Part shown: positions 40,831 through 51,619 of the stretch, piece by piece
Position numbering within the stretch: the stretch's first letter is position 1
Layout: the number at the start of each line of letters is the position of its first letter
Source: a plasmid
Sequence record: NZ_LR134463.1
Length of the DNA stretch: 64,000 nucleotides
Strand: one strand, 5' to 3'
Made by a program: the position numbers and the translations under genes
Notes under the pieces: model-generated
The model's input: only the letters and a program-made list of their open reading frames with translations
What the model was told of the DNA's origin: nothing
Database searches by the model: none

Positions 40831-41925
40831 GTGACCGAATCGACCTCACGCCCTGTCCTCGGGATCGCCCTGGAGCCGTTCGGCTGGCATCCCGCAGCGT
40901 TCGCGGAGGTCGGCGCGGATCCACTGGAGGCCACCTCCGCGGAGCACTGGGTTGGGCTGGCCCGCTCCGCGGAGGCGGCTGCCGCCGACCTCGTGACCTT
41001 CGAGGACTCATTCTCGCTGACCGCCCGCGACCGCCTCACCGGCCGGTTCGACGCCACGCTCCTCGCCGCGCGCGTCGCGCCCGCGGTCCCGCGGATCGGC
41101 CTGGTCCCCACCGTGACCGCCACGCACACCGAGCCCTTCCACGCCTCGAAGGCCATCGCGACGCTGGACTACGTCAGTGGCGGCCGCGCCGGGGTGCTTC
41201 CCGCGACGACGGGCGCCGCCGCGGATGCGGCCCTGTTCGGCCGTAAGCAGCCGCAGGACCCGGTTTCTCGCGCCGCAGAGGCCCGTGAGTACGTCGAAGT
41301 GCTGCGCGACCTCTGGGACAGCTGGGAGGACGACGCGATCGTCAAGGACGTCGCCACCGGCCGGTTCGTCGATCGGGACCGCCTGCACTACATCGACTTC
41401 CAGGGCGAGAACTTCTCCGTCAAGGGGCCGTCGATCACGCCGCGCCCGCCGCAGGGTCGGCCGCCGGTGATCGTCCGCGTCACGGACGCCGCCGCGGAGG
41501 CCGTCGCCGCCGATGCGGACGTCGCGATCGTTCCGGCCGCGGCCGACGAGGACCTCGCCGACACTGCGCGACGGCTCCGTGCCGCCGGCGTCCCGCTGCT
41601 CCTCGTCGATGTCACCGTCCACCTCGCCGACTCCGAGCGGACTGCGCAGCGCCGTATCGAGAAGCTGGATCGCCGCGAGCCCGCGGACGACGACACGCTC
41701 GTCTTCGCGGGGACGGGGGAGTCGTTGGCGCGCACCGTCTCCGGGTGGCAGTCCCTCGGCTTCGACGGTGCGCGGCTCCGTCCCGGCGTCAACGCCGTCG
41801 ACCTGCCCAGGCTCCGCGCGGCCTTCGCGCCACTGCTGCCCGGCGCGCCTCGGGCGGGAACGCTCCGCGAGATCCTCGGCCTCGCACCCGCGGTCAACCG
41901 TTTCGTCGCCGTGAAGGGGGCCTGA
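40831..41925 (+). CDS. LLM-class (luciferase-like) flavin-dependent oxidoreductase
   Basis: 364 aa; TIM-barrel luciferase-like pattern; GTG start; 1-nt overlap with next gene. Confidence 0.65.
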   Translation: MTESTSRPVLGIALEPFGWHPAAFAEVGADPLEATSAEHWVGLARSAEAAAADLVTFEDSFSLTARDRLTGRFDATLLAARVAPAVPRIGLVPTVTATHTEPFHASKAIATLDYVSGGRAGVLPATTGAAADAALFGRKQPQDPVSRAAEAREYVEVLRDLWDSWEDDAIVKDVATGRFVDRDRLHYIDFQGENFSVKGPSITPRPPQGRPPVIVRVTDAAAEAVAADADVAIVPAAADEDLADTARRLRAAGVPLLLVDVTVHLADSERTAQRRIEKLDRREPADDDTLVFAGTGESLARTVSGWQSLGFDGARLRPGVNAVDLPRLRAAFAPLLPGAPRAGTLREILGLAPAVNRFVAVKGA

Positions 41926-42953
41926 TGACCGGGCTGAACGTTCTCGACCTCGCGCCCATCCCGGACGGCGGCACCCCGTCCGACGCGCTGCGCAACACGC
42001 TGGACTTGGCGCGCCGCGCCGAGGACTGGGGGTACGGCCGCTACTGGGTCGCCGAGCACCACTTCGCGCACGTGGCGAGCGCGGCTCCCGCCGTCCTCAT
42101 CGGCGAGATCCTCGCCCGCACCAACCGGATCCGCGTCGGGTCGGCGGCCGTGCTCATCGGCTTCACCACCGCCCCGGCCGTCGCCGACGCCTTCGGCGTG
42201 CTGGCCGCGCTGCACCCCGGGCGCGTGGACATCGGACTCGGCCGGACGGGGCAGCGCCTGCGGACGCCCCCGCCCGGTGCCCCCGCGCCGAACCCCGCGA
42301 TCGTCGCCGGTTACGAGCACCTCTACCACCCGAAGGCGGAGCCGCCGAGCTACACGCGGCAGGTCGAGGACGTCCTGGATCTGGTCGGCGGCACCTTCAC
42401 CGCCGACGGCCACGCCTTGCGCTCCCCGGTTGCCGAGGCGGCGGCGGATGCCCCCGTGTGGATCTTCGGCAGCAGTGCGGGGGAGAGCGCGCAGCTCGCC
42501 GGCGCCCGCGGCCTGCCCTTCGTCGCCAACTACCACGTGAGCCCCGCGACCACCCTCGAGGCGGCCCAGGCCTACCGGGACGCGTTCCGGCCCTCCGACC
42601 GCCTCGCCGCACCGCACCTTGTGGTGAGCGCCGACGTGGTCGTGGGCGACACCGACGTGCAGGCACGGGAGCTCGCCGCGGGCTTCCCGGCCTGGGTGCA
42701 CTCCATCCGGTACGGCACCGGCGCGATCGCCTACCCGCGCGACAGCGCCGCGCTCACGGACGAGGAGCGCGCCGCCGTCGCGGACCGGAGCGACACGCAG
42801 TTCGTCGGCGAACCGGGCCGCGTCGCCGACGGTCTCCGCGCACTCGTCGAGCGGACCAGCGCCGACGAGCTCGTGATCACCTCGGTCACCCACGACCACG
42901 CCGCGCGCCTGCGCAGCCACGAACTCCTCGCCAAGGAATGGGGTCTCCTGTGA
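41925..42953 (+). CDS. LLM-class flavin-dependent oxidoreductase (MsnO8/YhbW-like group)
   Basis: '[15 protein letters not shown]...[12 protein letters not shown]...[24 protein letters not shown]' canonical LLM N-terminus. Confidence 0.75.
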   Translation: MTGLNVLDLAPIPDGGTPSDALRNTLDLARRAEDWGYGRYWVAEHHFAHVASAAPAVLIGEILARTNRIRVGSAAVLIGFTTAPAVADAFGVLAALHPGRVDIGLGRTGQRLRTPPPGAPAPNPAIVAGYEHLYHPKAEPPSYTRQVEDVLDLVGGTFTADGHALRSPVAEAAADAPVWIFGSSAGESAQLAGARGLPFVANYHVSPATTLEAAQAYRDAFRPSDRLAAPHLVVSADVVVGDTDVQARELAAGFPAWVHSIRYGTGAIAYPRDSAALTDEERAAVADRSDTQFVGEPGRVADGLRALVERTSADELVITSVTHDHAARLRSHELLAKEWGLL

Positions 42954-44290
42954 CGATCGACCGCACCGACGTCCCCGTCCGGGAGGGCTTGCACCGCAAG
43001 CCGATCCACCTGGCCGCGCACTTCCCGGGCGTCAACCACAACACCGTGTGGTCGGACCCCGCGGCGCGCAGCCAGGTGGAGTTCGAGTCGTTCGTGTACC
43101 TCGCCCGGGCCGCCGAGCGCGCCAAGTTCGACTTCTTCTTCCTCGCCGAGGGGCTGCGGCTGCGGGAGCACCTCGGGCGCATCCACGACCTCGACGTGGT
43201 CGGCCGACCCGATACGTTCACTGTGCTCACCGCGCTCGCCGCCGTCACCGACCGCATCGGCCTCGCAGGCACCATCAACACGACCTTCAACGAGCCCTTC
43301 GACGTGGCACGACAGTTCGCCACCCTCGACCACCTCAGCGGCGGCCGCGCCGCGTGGAACATGGTGACCAGCTCCGACGCCTTCACCGGCGAGAACTTCC
43401 GCCGCGGGGGCTACCTCGCCCACGCCGACCGGTACCACCGGGCCGACGAATTCGTCACCGTCGCGCGGAAGTTCTGGGACGGCTGGGATCGCGGCGACGT
43501 CGTCCACCACGGCACACAGTTCGACGTGCGGGGCGCGGCACCGTTGCCACCGTCGCCGCAGGGACATCCGGTCCTGCTGCAGGCGGGCGACTCCGGCGAG
43601 GGGCGCGACTTCGCCGCGGCGCAGGCGGACGCGATCTTCACCCGCCACGGCTCGCTCGAGAGCGGCCGTGCGTTCTACGCCGACGTCAAGCGCCGGGCCG
43701 CCGACCGCGGCCGGAACCCGGATCACCTCAAGGTCTTTCCCGGCGCCGCCGCCGTCGTCGGCGACACGACCGCCGAGGCGCAGGAGAAGGCCCACGACAT
43801 CCGACGCCGGCAGGTGAGCCCACAGACCGCGCTGAACTTCCTCGAGCAGGTGTGGGGCAGGGAGCTGCAGTCCTTCGATCCCGACGGTCCGCTGCCCGAC
43901 GTCGAGCCCGTGTACGACGCACCGGCGGTGCAGGGCCGCGTGCTGCACGCGGATCCGCGCGAGATAGTCGCGACGTACCGCGAGCGCGCCGAGGCGGGCG
44001 GACTCTCCATCCGCGAGCTCGTGATCGAGCTCAACACCCGGCCCCAGTTCGTGGGCACGGCCCAGCAGGTGGCCGACGAGATCGACACGTACATCCAGGC
44101 GGACGCCGCGGACGGCTTCATCCTGGTGCCGCACCTCACGCCCACGGGCCTCGACGAGTTCATCGACGGCGTCGTGCCGTTGCTGCAGGAGCGCGGTGCG
44201 TTCCGGACCGAGTACGCGGGAACCACCCTCCGCGATCACCTCGGCCTGCCCGTCCCGGAGACCGCGAGCGGAGTGCAGCGCGCCGGTTAG
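42950..44290 (+). CDS. NtaA/SnaA/DszA-family FMN-dependent monooxygenase
   Basis: 'FFFLAEG...INTTFNEPFDVARQFATLDHLSGGRAAWNMVTS' family signature; GTG 42950 overlaps upstream stop (alt ATG 42938). Confidence 0.75.
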   Translation: MTIDRTDVPVREGLHRKPIHLAAHFPGVNHNTVWSDPAARSQVEFESFVYLARAAERAKFDFFFLAEGLRLREHLGRIHDLDVVGRPDTFTVLTALAAVTDRIGLAGTINTTFNEPFDVARQFATLDHLSGGRAAWNMVTSSDAFTGENFRRGGYLAHADRYHRADEFVTVARKFWDGWDRGDVVHHGTQFDVRGAAPLPPSPQGHPVLLQAGDSGEGRDFAAAQADAIFTRHGSLESGRAFYADVKRRAADRGRNPDHLKVFPGAAAVVGDTTAEAQEKAHDIRRRQVSPQTALNFLEQVWGRELQSFDPDGPLPDVEPVYDAPAVQGRVLHADPREIVATYRERAEAGGLSIRELVIELNTRPQFVGTAQQVADEIDTYIQADAADGFILVPHLTPTGLDEFIDGVVPLLQERGAFRTEYAGTTLRDHLGLPVPETASGVQRAG

Positions 44291-44345
44291 CGCATCTTCA
44301 CTCGTTCGCGGCGCGCGCCCGGTGAGAACCGGTTACCGTGCGGCC

Positions 44346-45971
44346 ATGAGCCGTGCGATGCGCCCTGACTTGTCCGGTGTCGACCCCCTCGTGGTCAACC
44401 TCACCCACCGCGTGTGCCTGGGCGATCTGCCCACGCGCGCCGCCCGTTCCTTCGGCGATCGCGTCGCGCTCGTCGACGGCGGCGCGACGGTCACCTATCG
44501 CGAGCTGGAGAGCCGCTCGAACGCCCTCGCACGGGGCCTGCAGGCGCGCGGCTACCAGCGCGGCGACGCGATCGCCCTGCAACTGCAGAACCGCTGGGAG
44601 TTCGTGGTCTCCCTGTTCGCGTGCGCGAAGCTCGGCGTCGTCGCGATGCCGCTCAACCTCCTGCTCGGCCCCGGCGACGTCGCCTACCAGCTCGGCGACA
44701 GCGGCGTCCGCGCCGTCATCACCGAGGACGTCTTCGCGCCCGCGCTCACCGCGGCCCTCGACGCCGCCGACCACCGGGTCGAGGCCGTCTACATCGTGGC
44801 CAACGGTGGCGGCGCGCTCCCCGCCGAGGTGGGCGGCGTCCCGTCGACCGCCTTCACCGATCTGCCCGACGCGGACGACTCCGTCGTGGAATCCATCGTC
44901 GAGGACCGCGACATCCTGCACTGCCTGTACACCTCGGGGACCACGGCACGGCCCAAGGGCGTCGTCACCAGCCATGTCGCGGTGCACATCTCGGCGCTCT
45001 CGTCCGCGGTCGCGCTGGGCGTGCGGCCCGACGTGCAGCCCGCGGTCCAGCCCATCGCGCTCCCGCTGTTCCACGTGACCGCCCTCGACGCGCTCCTCAT
45101 GCCGATGCTCGTCACCGGCGGCACCGCAGTCCTCCTGCGCGGCTTCGATCCGGCCGCGCTCGCGGGTGCCTTCGTCGACCACCGGGTCACCCACCTGACG
45201 CTGCTGCCCATGATGTGGGCGGCCCTGCTCACCCGCCCCGAGCTCACCGACGAGAACACCGCGTCGCTGCGCACGGGTCTCTACGCGATGGCGCCCATGC
45301 CGGCCGAACTGCTCACCGCGCTGCGGGCCCGATTCCCCGGCGCCGCGATCATCCTCGGTTCCGGGCAGACCGAGACCACGCCGGCCTCGGAGGTGCAGTG
45401 GACCGGCCACCAGGGGGTCAAGGACGACTCCTGGGGCCCGGCCACCGTCTCCACCGACGTCGCGATCATGGGCGACGACGGTGCGCTGCTCCCTCCGGGC
45501 GAGGTCGGCGAGATCGTCTACCGCGCACCGCAGCTCATGGAGGGCTACTGGAACAACGCCGCGGCGAACACGGAGGCGTTCGCGCACGGCTGGTTCCACG
45601 GCGGGGATATCGGCTACCTCGACGACGAGGGCGTCGTCTACTTCACCGACCGCGCCAAGGACATCATCAAATCGGGCGGCGAGAACGTCTCCTCGGTGGA
45701 GGTCGAGCGCGTCCTGCTCGGCCACGACGCCGTCGCCGAGGTCGCCGTCGTCGGCACCCCGCACGAGCACTGGGGCGAGGCCGTCACCGCCTTCGTCGTG
45801 ACGTCACCGTCGGGCGACGCCGATGGTGTCGCCCTCCTCGAGTACGCACGGCAGAACCTGGCGGGGTTCAAGGCGCCCAAGGAGATCGTCTTCGTCGACG
45901 CGCTCCCCAAGACCGCCACCGGCAAGATCCAGAAGAACCTGGTCCGCACGCTGCGCGAGACCCGGACCTAG
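44346..45971 (+). CDS. acyl-CoA synthetase / AMP-dependent ligase
   Basis: AMP-binding 'LYTSGTTARPKGV', 'GYWNN...FHGGDIGYLDDEG', 'TATGKIQK'; start at ATG 44346 (alt 44358). Confidence 0.8.
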   Translation: MSRAMRPDLSGVDPLVVNLTHRVCLGDLPTRAARSFGDRVALVDGGATVTYRELESRSNALARGLQARGYQRGDAIALQLQNRWEFVVSLFACAKLGVVAMPLNLLLGPGDVAYQLGDSGVRAVITEDVFAPALTAALDAADHRVEAVYIVANGGGALPAEVGGVPSTAFTDLPDADDSVVESIVEDRDILHCLYTSGTTARPKGVVTSHVAVHISALSSAVALGVRPDVQPAVQPIALPLFHVTALDALLMPMLVTGGTAVLLRGFDPAALAGAFVDHRVTHLTLLPMMWAALLTRPELTDENTASLRTGLYAMAPMPAELLTALRARFPGAAIILGSGQTETTPASEVQWTGHQGVKDDSWGPATVSTDVAIMGDDGALLPPGEVGEIVYRAPQLMEGYWNNAAANTEAFAHGWFHGGDIGYLDDEGVVYFTDRAKDIIKSGGENVSSVEVERVLLGHDAVAEVAVVGTPHEHWGEAVTAFVVTSPSGDADGVALLEYARQNLAGFKAPKEIVFVDALPKTATGKIQKNLVRTLRETRT

Positions 45972-45976
45972 CCCGT

Positions 45977-46987
45977 CTAGGCCGCCGACGACAGGGCGGG
46001 CAGCAGTCCGCGCGCGTCGGTGAGGATCTGCTCGTAGTCCCGGACGTCGAACTCGTACGGCAGCTCCAGACGGAACTCGGTGACCGGCCCGGATTCCGGG
46101 GAGAACGCCGGGTCGGCGGCGAGCCGTTCGGCGATCTCCGCGATCGGCCCCACGAGATCCTCGGCGAACAGGGTGCGTTTCTCGCCGTGCGCCGTCAGCG
46201 TGCGGTCGTGGCGCGACCGCACGTACTCGCGGTACCGCGCGACGGTGGCGCGGTCGGCGCTGTCCGTCGGCACGATCACCCGGCCGACGGCGACCCGTTT
46301 GCCGGCCCCGCCCGCGGCGCGGTAGGCGTCGACGAGCGTGGCCTGGACCGTACCGAAGTCATCGGAGTCGATGCCCGCTGCCGAGACGATGTTGCCGGTC
46401 AGCAGGTGCAGGCCGGCCTCGCCGGTCCACCGCGACGAGCCGAGCGACGTTCCGCCGTACCAGGAGCGGTCCGCCAGGCCGGGGGTGTGCGGCTGCAGCC
46501 GGGGCCGCTGTACGTTGCCGGGGGACTCGATCCGCGCGTCCTCGCCGCCGAGGAACGCGCCGCGCAGGTGCTCGACGGTGCGTGCGACCCGCGCGTGGCC
46601 GAGTTCGTACGCGCGCCAGTCACCGTCGAAGACCACGTCCGCGAGCAGGTCGGCGTGCGGCATCCCGGTGGAGAACCCCGGCTGCAGCCTGCCGCGGGAG
46701 AGCGCGTCCGCGAGCGATAGGTCCTCGGCCAAGCGGAACGGGTTCTCGTAGCCGATCGGGATGACCGCGGTGCCCAGCTCGATCGTGGACGTGCGCTGCG
46801 ACGCCGCCCCGAGGAAGACCGCCGCGGAGGAGATACCGTGCTCCAGGTGGCGCTGCCGCACCCAGGCGCCGCGGTACCCCAGGCCCTCGCCGAACGCGAT
46901 GAGGCGCAGCGTGTCCTCGAGCCCGGCAGCCGGATCCGCGTCGAGGTAGTTGCCCGGCGTGAGGAAGGCGAGCGACTCGATCGTCAC
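45977..46987 (-). CDS. LLM-class flavin-dependent oxidoreductase
   Basis: 336 aa luciferase-like; first gene of minus-strand operon with ABC transporter. Confidence 0.7.
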   Translation of the reverse strand: MTIESLAFLTPGNYLDADPAAGLEDTLRLIAFGEGLGYRGAWVRQRHLEHGISSAAVFLGAASQRTSTIELGTAVIPIGYENPFRLAEDLSLADALSRGRLQPGFSTGMPHADLLADVVFDGDWRAYELGHARVARTVEHLRGAFLGGEDARIESPGNVQRPRLQPHTPGLADRSWYGGTSLGSSRWTGEAGLHLLTGNIVSAAGIDSDDFGTVQATLVDAYRAAGGAGKRVAVGRVIVPTDSADRATVARYREYVRSRHDRTLTAHGEKRTLFAEDLVGPIAEIAERLAADPAFSPESGPVTEFRLELPYEFDVRDYEQILTDARGLLPALSSAA

Positions 46988-46990
46988 CGG

Positions 46991-47908
46991 TCAGAACCCC
47001 GCGGTCGGGTTGATCTCGGACTTCGGCAGTGCCGAGGTCGGGACCTTCCACTTCTCGAACAGCTTCTGGTACTCGCCCCGTGCGATGAGGGTGTTGATCG
47101 CCTGCGAGATCGCGGGCGCGATCGGAGACCCCTTCGCCGTCACGAAACCGACCACGGTGGTGGAGTACTCGCCGAGGAACTTCGTACCGGGCACCTTGTC
47201 CACCAGGTACCGCAGGGAGAGCGTCGGGCCGAAGTACGCGTCCACCTTGTTGTTCTGCAGGCTGAGGATGATGGCGCCCTGGTCGTCCAGGTACTGGACG
47301 GTGTACGCGGGCTTGCCCTTCGACGTGCACTGGTCGACGCCCTTCTCCAGGATCTGCTGGAAGGTGGTGCCCGAGCCCGTGACGATCTTCTTGCCGCACA
47401 GGTCCTCCAGCGTCTTCACGCTCGTGAGGCCGGAGTTCGACGAGCCGACGAAGGACTGGCCGTCGTTGAGGTACGTCGCGAAGTCGACGACCTCGAGGCG
47501 CGGCTTGGTGACGCCGAAGTTGCCCTGGCCCACCTGGTACCGGCCGTTCTGCACCCCCGGGATGATCGTGGAGAAGGTCCCGATCTCCTGCTTCCAGGAC
47601 ACGCCGAGGGCCTTCGCCACCGCGTTTCGGAGATCCACGTCGAGGCCCACCGGGTTGCCGTCGGGGACCTCGCCGCCGTGCGGCAGGTTGTTGATGCCGG
47701 GCTGGCGAGTGAGCCCCAGAGTCAGCTCCTTCGTGCCGGCCGGCAGGAGGGCCTGCGCGGCGGGGTCGACGGCGACGGACGACACCACGTCCTGCGTCGG
47801 GATCGGGTAGCCGGAGCTCTCGGCCGCCGGATCGGACGAGCCGCCGCACGCCGCGAGGACGGTGGCGGCGGCGATCAGGGGCAGGGCGAGCAGAGCGCGG
47901 CTGCGCAT
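46991..47908 (-). CDS. ABC transporter substrate-binding lipoprotein (polar amino acid, family 3)
   Basis: Lipobox 'LAACGG'; SBP_bac_3-like. Confidence 0.8.
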   Translation of the reverse strand: MRSRALLALPLIAAATVLAACGGSSDPAAESSGYPIPTQDVVSSVAVDPAAQALLPAGTKELTLGLTRQPGINNLPHGGEVPDGNPVGLDVDLRNAVAKALGVSWKQEIGTFSTIIPGVQNGRYQVGQGNFGVTKPRLEVVDFATYLNDGQSFVGSSNSGLTSVKTLEDLCGKKIVTGSGTTFQQILEKGVDQCTSKGKPAYTVQYLDDQGAIILSLQNNKVDAYFGPTLSLRYLVDKVPGTKFLGEYSTTVVGFVTAKGSPIAPAISQAINTLIARGEYQKLFEKWKVPTSALPKSEINPTAGF

Positions 47909-47951
47909 GGGGTCTCCTTGGACTCGGGTCTAGCGATGGACTAGCGGTGGT

Positions 47952-48722
47952 TCAGCGCACGGCCGCGAGGAATTCGCGGGTGCGGGAGTGCTCGGCGTCG
48001 GCGAAGATCGCCTCGGGCCGGCCGGTCTCGACGATGCGGCCGTCGTCCATGAAGATCACGGTGTCGGCGACGTCGCGGGCGAAACCGATCTCGTGCGTCA
48101 CCACGACGAGGGTCATACCCGACTCGGCGAGGTCGCGGATCACGGCCAGCACCTCGCCGACCAGCTCCGGGTCCAGTGCCGAGGTGGGCTCGTCGAAGAG
48201 CACCACGTCGGGTCGCATGGCCAGCGTGCGGGCGATCGCGACCCGCTGCTGCTGGCCGCCTGAGAGCTGCGACGGGTACGCCTTCTCGCGGCCCGCGAGG
48301 CCGACGCGCGCGAGGAGCTCGCGCCCGCGCTCGGCCGCCTCGCCGGGGGAGACGCCGGTCGCGAGCTGACCCTCCGTGAGGTTCTCCAGGACGGTGAAGT
48401 GTGGGAAAAGGTTGAACTGCTGGAAGACCATCCCGATGCGGCGGCGCTGGCGCGCCACGTCGCGGGGGTGCAGCTCGCGCAGCACGGTCGCGTCGCCGCG
48501 GTGGCCGCCCTCGCGGTAGCCGATCAGGTCGTCGTTCACCCGGACGTAGCCGGCGTCGGGGCGTTCCAGGTGGTTGATGCAGCGGAGCAGCGTCGACTTC
48601 CCGGACCCGGAGGGCCCGAGAACGATGGCGACCTCGCCCTGCGCGACGTCCAGGTCGACGCCGCGCAGCACCTCGGTGCCGCCGAAGGACTTCCGGAGCC
48701 CGCGCACCTCGATCGCGCTCAT
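47952..48722 (-). CDS. ABC transporter ATP-binding protein (polar amino acid type)
   Basis: Walker A 'GPSGSGKST', signature '[13 protein letters not shown]', Walker B '[12 protein letters not shown]'; 256 aa (ORF-track 521 aa is read-through). Confidence 0.85.
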   Translation of the reverse strand: MSAIEVRGLRKSFGGTEVLRGVDLDVAQGEVAIVLGPSGSGKSTLLRCINHLERPDAGYVRVNDDLIGYREGGHRGDATVLRELHPRDVARQRRRIGMVFQQFNLFPHFTVLENLTEGQLATGVSPGEAAERGRELLARVGLAGREKAYPSQLSGGQQQRVAIARTLAMRPDVVLFDEPTSALDPELVGEVLAVIRDLAESGMTLVVVTHEIGFARDVADTVIFMDDGRIVETGRPEAIFADAEHSRTREFLAAVR

Positions 48723-49693
48723 CCGCGGTCTCCCGCGGTGCGGACGCTGCGGGGGAGCCGGGGGCGCAGGCGGGCCGCGTCGGCGAGGACCTCGCGGAAG
48801 GGGCGGGCGTCCCGTCGGCCCCGGTTGAACCGGCGCTCGATGAAGTACTGGCCCACGGCCAGGACGGAGGTGATCACGATGTACCAGATGGTCGCCACCA
48901 GCAGCAGCGGCATCACCTTGAAGTTCTGGTTGTAGACCAACTGCACCGAGTACAGCAGGTCGGTCACGGCGATGACGCTGACCAGCGACGTGGACTTGAG
49001 CAGCCCGATCAGCAAATTGCCGGACGCGGGGATGATGGCCGGCATCGCCTGGGGCAGCACGATGCGGCGGAAGATGCGGCGCGGGCTCAGGCCCAGCGAC
49101 CGGGCGGCCTCCGTCTGGCCCGGATCCACCGAGACCAGCCCGCCGCGCACGATCTCCGCGGCGAACGCGGCCACGTCGATGGTCAGCGCGATGAACGCCG
49201 CGACCAGCCCGCTGATGAGGTGCGTGGTGTTGACCGTGACGAACTCGGGGCCGAAGGGGATGCCCAGCGACAGTTGCGGGTACAGCGACGCGAGCTGGAA
49301 CCAGAAGAGCAGCAGGACCAGAGGTGGCACCGACCGCACCAGCCAGACGAAGACGAAGGACACCGTCTGGAGGACGGGACCGCCCCACAGCCGCATCGCC
49401 GCGAGGCCGATGCCGAGGACGAAACCGGCGGCGAAGGTGACCGCCGTGAGCCACAGCGTGAGCCAGAGCCCCTTGAGAATCGCGGTCTGCGTGAAGTAGT
49501 GGGCGACGGTGGGCCACTCGAAGCGCTCATTGGTGACCAGGGTGTGCAGGAGCATCGCGCCGAGGATTGCCACGACCGCGGCGGCCAGCCAGCGCCCGGG
49601 GCGGCGGCGCGGCACCAGGCGCACCGGTGCCGTCGAGGTATCCGCTGGCGGGCCCTGCGTGGCCCGCGACGGGGAGAGGATCGTTGTCGCCAT
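48719..49693 (-). CDS. ABC transporter permease (amino-acid type, BPD_transp_1)
   Basis: '[28 protein letters not shown]' EAA loop; ATGA overlap with ATPase. Confidence 0.8.
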   Translation of the reverse strand: MATTILSPSRATQGPPADTSTAPVRLVPRRRPGRWLAAAVVAILGAMLLHTLVTNERFEWPTVAHYFTQTAILKGLWLTLWLTAVTFAAGFVLGIGLAAMRLWGGPVLQTVSFVFVWLVRSVPPLVLLLFWFQLASLYPQLSLGIPFGPEFVTVNTTHLISGLVAAFIALTIDVAAFAAEIVRGGLVSVDPGQTEAARSLGLSPRRIFRRIVLPQAMPAIIPASGNLLIGLLKSTSLVSVIAVTDLLYSVQLVYNQNFKVMPLLLVATIWYIVITSVLAVGQYFIERRFNRGRRDARPFREVLADAARLRPRLPRSVRTAGDRG

Positions 49694-49735
49694 GATGTCC
49701 GACCGTAAGTCGTTGGCGCGCAGAGAAGAAGGTTT

Positions 49736-50416
49736 TCAATCGCCCTGACCGGATGCGGCGATCCCGGAATCGAAGGCGTACCGCACGGCGTGCGCACGGT
49801 CCCGGAGCTGCGCCTTCGCGAACAGATTGTTGATGTGCGTCTTCACCGTCGACTCGCTGACGAACAGCCGCGCGGCGATGTCGCGGTTGGTCAGGCCGTC
49901 GGCGATGAGTCGCAGCACCTCGGTCTCGCGGGGCGTCAGGTCGGCGGGCGGCACGTCCGGCGGGGCCGACGGTGCCGGCCCGGCTCCGGTGCCCCCGGTC
50001 GCCGACGCGAGAAGGCGCCGCTGCACCTGCGGGTCGAGCACCGACTGTCCCGCGGCGGCAGCCATGATCGCTGCGGCGATCTCCGTCCGCCCCGCGTTCT
50101 TGGTGAGATAGCCACGGGCACCCGCCTGGAGGCCGCGGAGGATCGACTCCTCGTCGTCGAACGTGGTGAGCAGCACGACGGCGGTGTCCGGTGCGTCGGC
50201 GAGGACGCGCTCCGTGGCGCCGGCACCGTCGAGGTTCGGCATCCGCAGGTCGGTGAGCAGCACGTCGGGGCGGTGCTCCCGCACCAGGGCGACCGCCTCG
50301 ACCCCGTCGGCGGCGGCCCCGACCACCGCGATCCCGGGCATCAGGTCGAGCATCGCGGCGAGCGCCTCGCGTACCGCGGCCTGATCGTCTGCGACCACCA
50401 CTCGGATGTCGTTCAC
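49736..50416 (-). CDS. LuxR/NarL-family response regulator
   Basis: REC 'IRVVVADDQ...DVLLTDLRMPNLDG', C-terminal HTH 'LTPRETEVLRLIADGLTNRDIAARLFVSESTVKTH'. Confidence 0.85.
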   Translation of the reverse strand: MNDIRVVVADDQAAVREALAAMLDLMPGIAVVGAAADGVEAVALVREHRPDVLLTDLRMPNLDGAGATERVLADAPDTAVVLLTTFDDEESILRGLQAGARGYLTKNAGRTEIAAAIMAAAAGQSVLDPQVQRRLLASATGGTGAGPAPSAPPDVPPADLTPRETEVLRLIADGLTNRDIAARLFVSESTVKTHINNLFAKAQLRDRAHAVRYAFDSGIAASGQGD

Positions 50417-51619
50417 TCACAGCTCCTTGATCGGATCGGACGGGCGGGGCAGGACCAGGCGGACCGCCCAGCCGCCGTCGCCGGTCGGCCCGGCGTACAG
50501 CGTGCCGCCGACCTCGGCCGCGCGCTCGCGCATGCCGATGAGGCCCATGCCGGAGCCGGGAACGCCGCTCGCCGTACCCGGTCCGTTCCCGACGGTGAGC
50601 TCGGCACCGTCGGGCACGGGGAAGAGGCGGACCGTGACGGGCGCGCCCGCGGCGTACCGTCGGGCGTTCGTGACGGCCTCCTGCGCGACCCGCAGGACCG
50701 CCCGGGCCTGCGCGTCCGTCAGCTCGACCGGCCCGGTCTCCACCGTCTCGTCGGGCCCGTCCGCGAGAGCGGCGAGCGTCGTCGGCAGGTCGACGGTGTC
50801 CTCCCGCAGCGCATGGACGGCGCCTCGGGCCTCGGTGACCCCGTCCGCGATCGCGCCGCGGGCGCGCTGGACGGCGGCGCGGGCGTCGTCGGGGCGGTTC
50901 GCCTCCAGGAGGGCATCGGCGAGCTCGAGCTGCATCCCCGCGCCGGAAAGGGTGTGGGCGAGGACGTCGTGCAGGTCGCGGGCGATGCGGGCGCGTTCGG
51001 CGAGCGCGCTGCTCCGCGACTCGGACTCCGCGGTCAACTTCGTCTGTTCCACGAGCTGTTCGAGCGCCCGAGTGCGCTCGCGGCGGCTGCGACCCGCGAT
51101 GCCGGCCCACACCGTCGCGGTGACCGAGACGCCGATCCAGATCGCGTTGAAATCGATGGGGCCGGAGAGCGCCGCGGTCGCGGTGACGCTGGCCCCGGCG
51201 AGCACCGCGAGCGGGACCGAGATACGTGCCGGGAACACGGCTCCCAGGTGCACCGTCGAGACGTAGAGCAGGACACCGAGCGCGCCGTTCGGCTGGAGCG
51301 CGAACAGGATGCCGGCGGCGACCACCGTCGCCGCCTCGGTCGCGACCCGCGCGGGAAGCGGGACCCGGTCCTCTGGAAGGCACCGGACGACGACGCCGGC
51401 CGCGGCGATCGCGAACAGGACGGCGGTCCACGGGCTGTCGCGGTGGAAGTCGAGGGTCGCGCCGGCGACCACGACGCCGGCCACCGCGATGACGAGCGTG
51501 ATCCTCGTCCGCAAGCCGTCCACCACCTCGTCATGATGGCACGCGATCGTGCGCCGTGCTTCCGACCCGCCCGTCGTTAGGCGGACCAGGCGATTCGCGA
51601 TGGCTAACATCGGGTGCAT
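50417..51619 (-). CDS. sensor histidine kinase (HisKA_3/NarX-type, multi-TM N-terminus with no large extracellular domain)
   Basis: H-box 'DLHDVLAHTLS', HATPase_c 'GMGLIGMRERA'; 5-6 N-terminal TM helices. Confidence 0.8.
   Translation of the reverse strand: MHPMLAIANRLVRLTTGGSEARRTIACHHDEVVDGLRTRITLVIAVAGVVVAGATLDFHRDSPWTAVLFAIAAAGVVVRCLPEDRVPLPARVATEAATVVAAGILFALQPNGALGVLLYVSTVHLGAVFPARISVPLAVLAGASVTATAALSGPIDFNAIWIGVSVTATVWAGIAGRSRRERTRALEQLVEQTKLTAESESRSSALAERARIARDLHDVLAHTLSGAGMQLELADALLEANRPDDARAAVQRARGAIADGVTEARGAVHALREDTVDLPTTLAALADGPDETVETGPVELTDAQARAVLRVAQEAVTNARRYAAGAPVTVRLFPVPDGAELTVGNGPGTASGVPGSGMGLIGMRERAAEVGGTLYAGPTGDGGWAVRLVLPRPSDPIKEL

Noticed and set aside
45972-45976. Expected terminator between convergent acyl-CoA ligase and LLM genes
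   Set aside because: Only 5 bp separate the two stop codons and no hairpin can form; termination must rely on structures within coding sequence or be Rho-dependent
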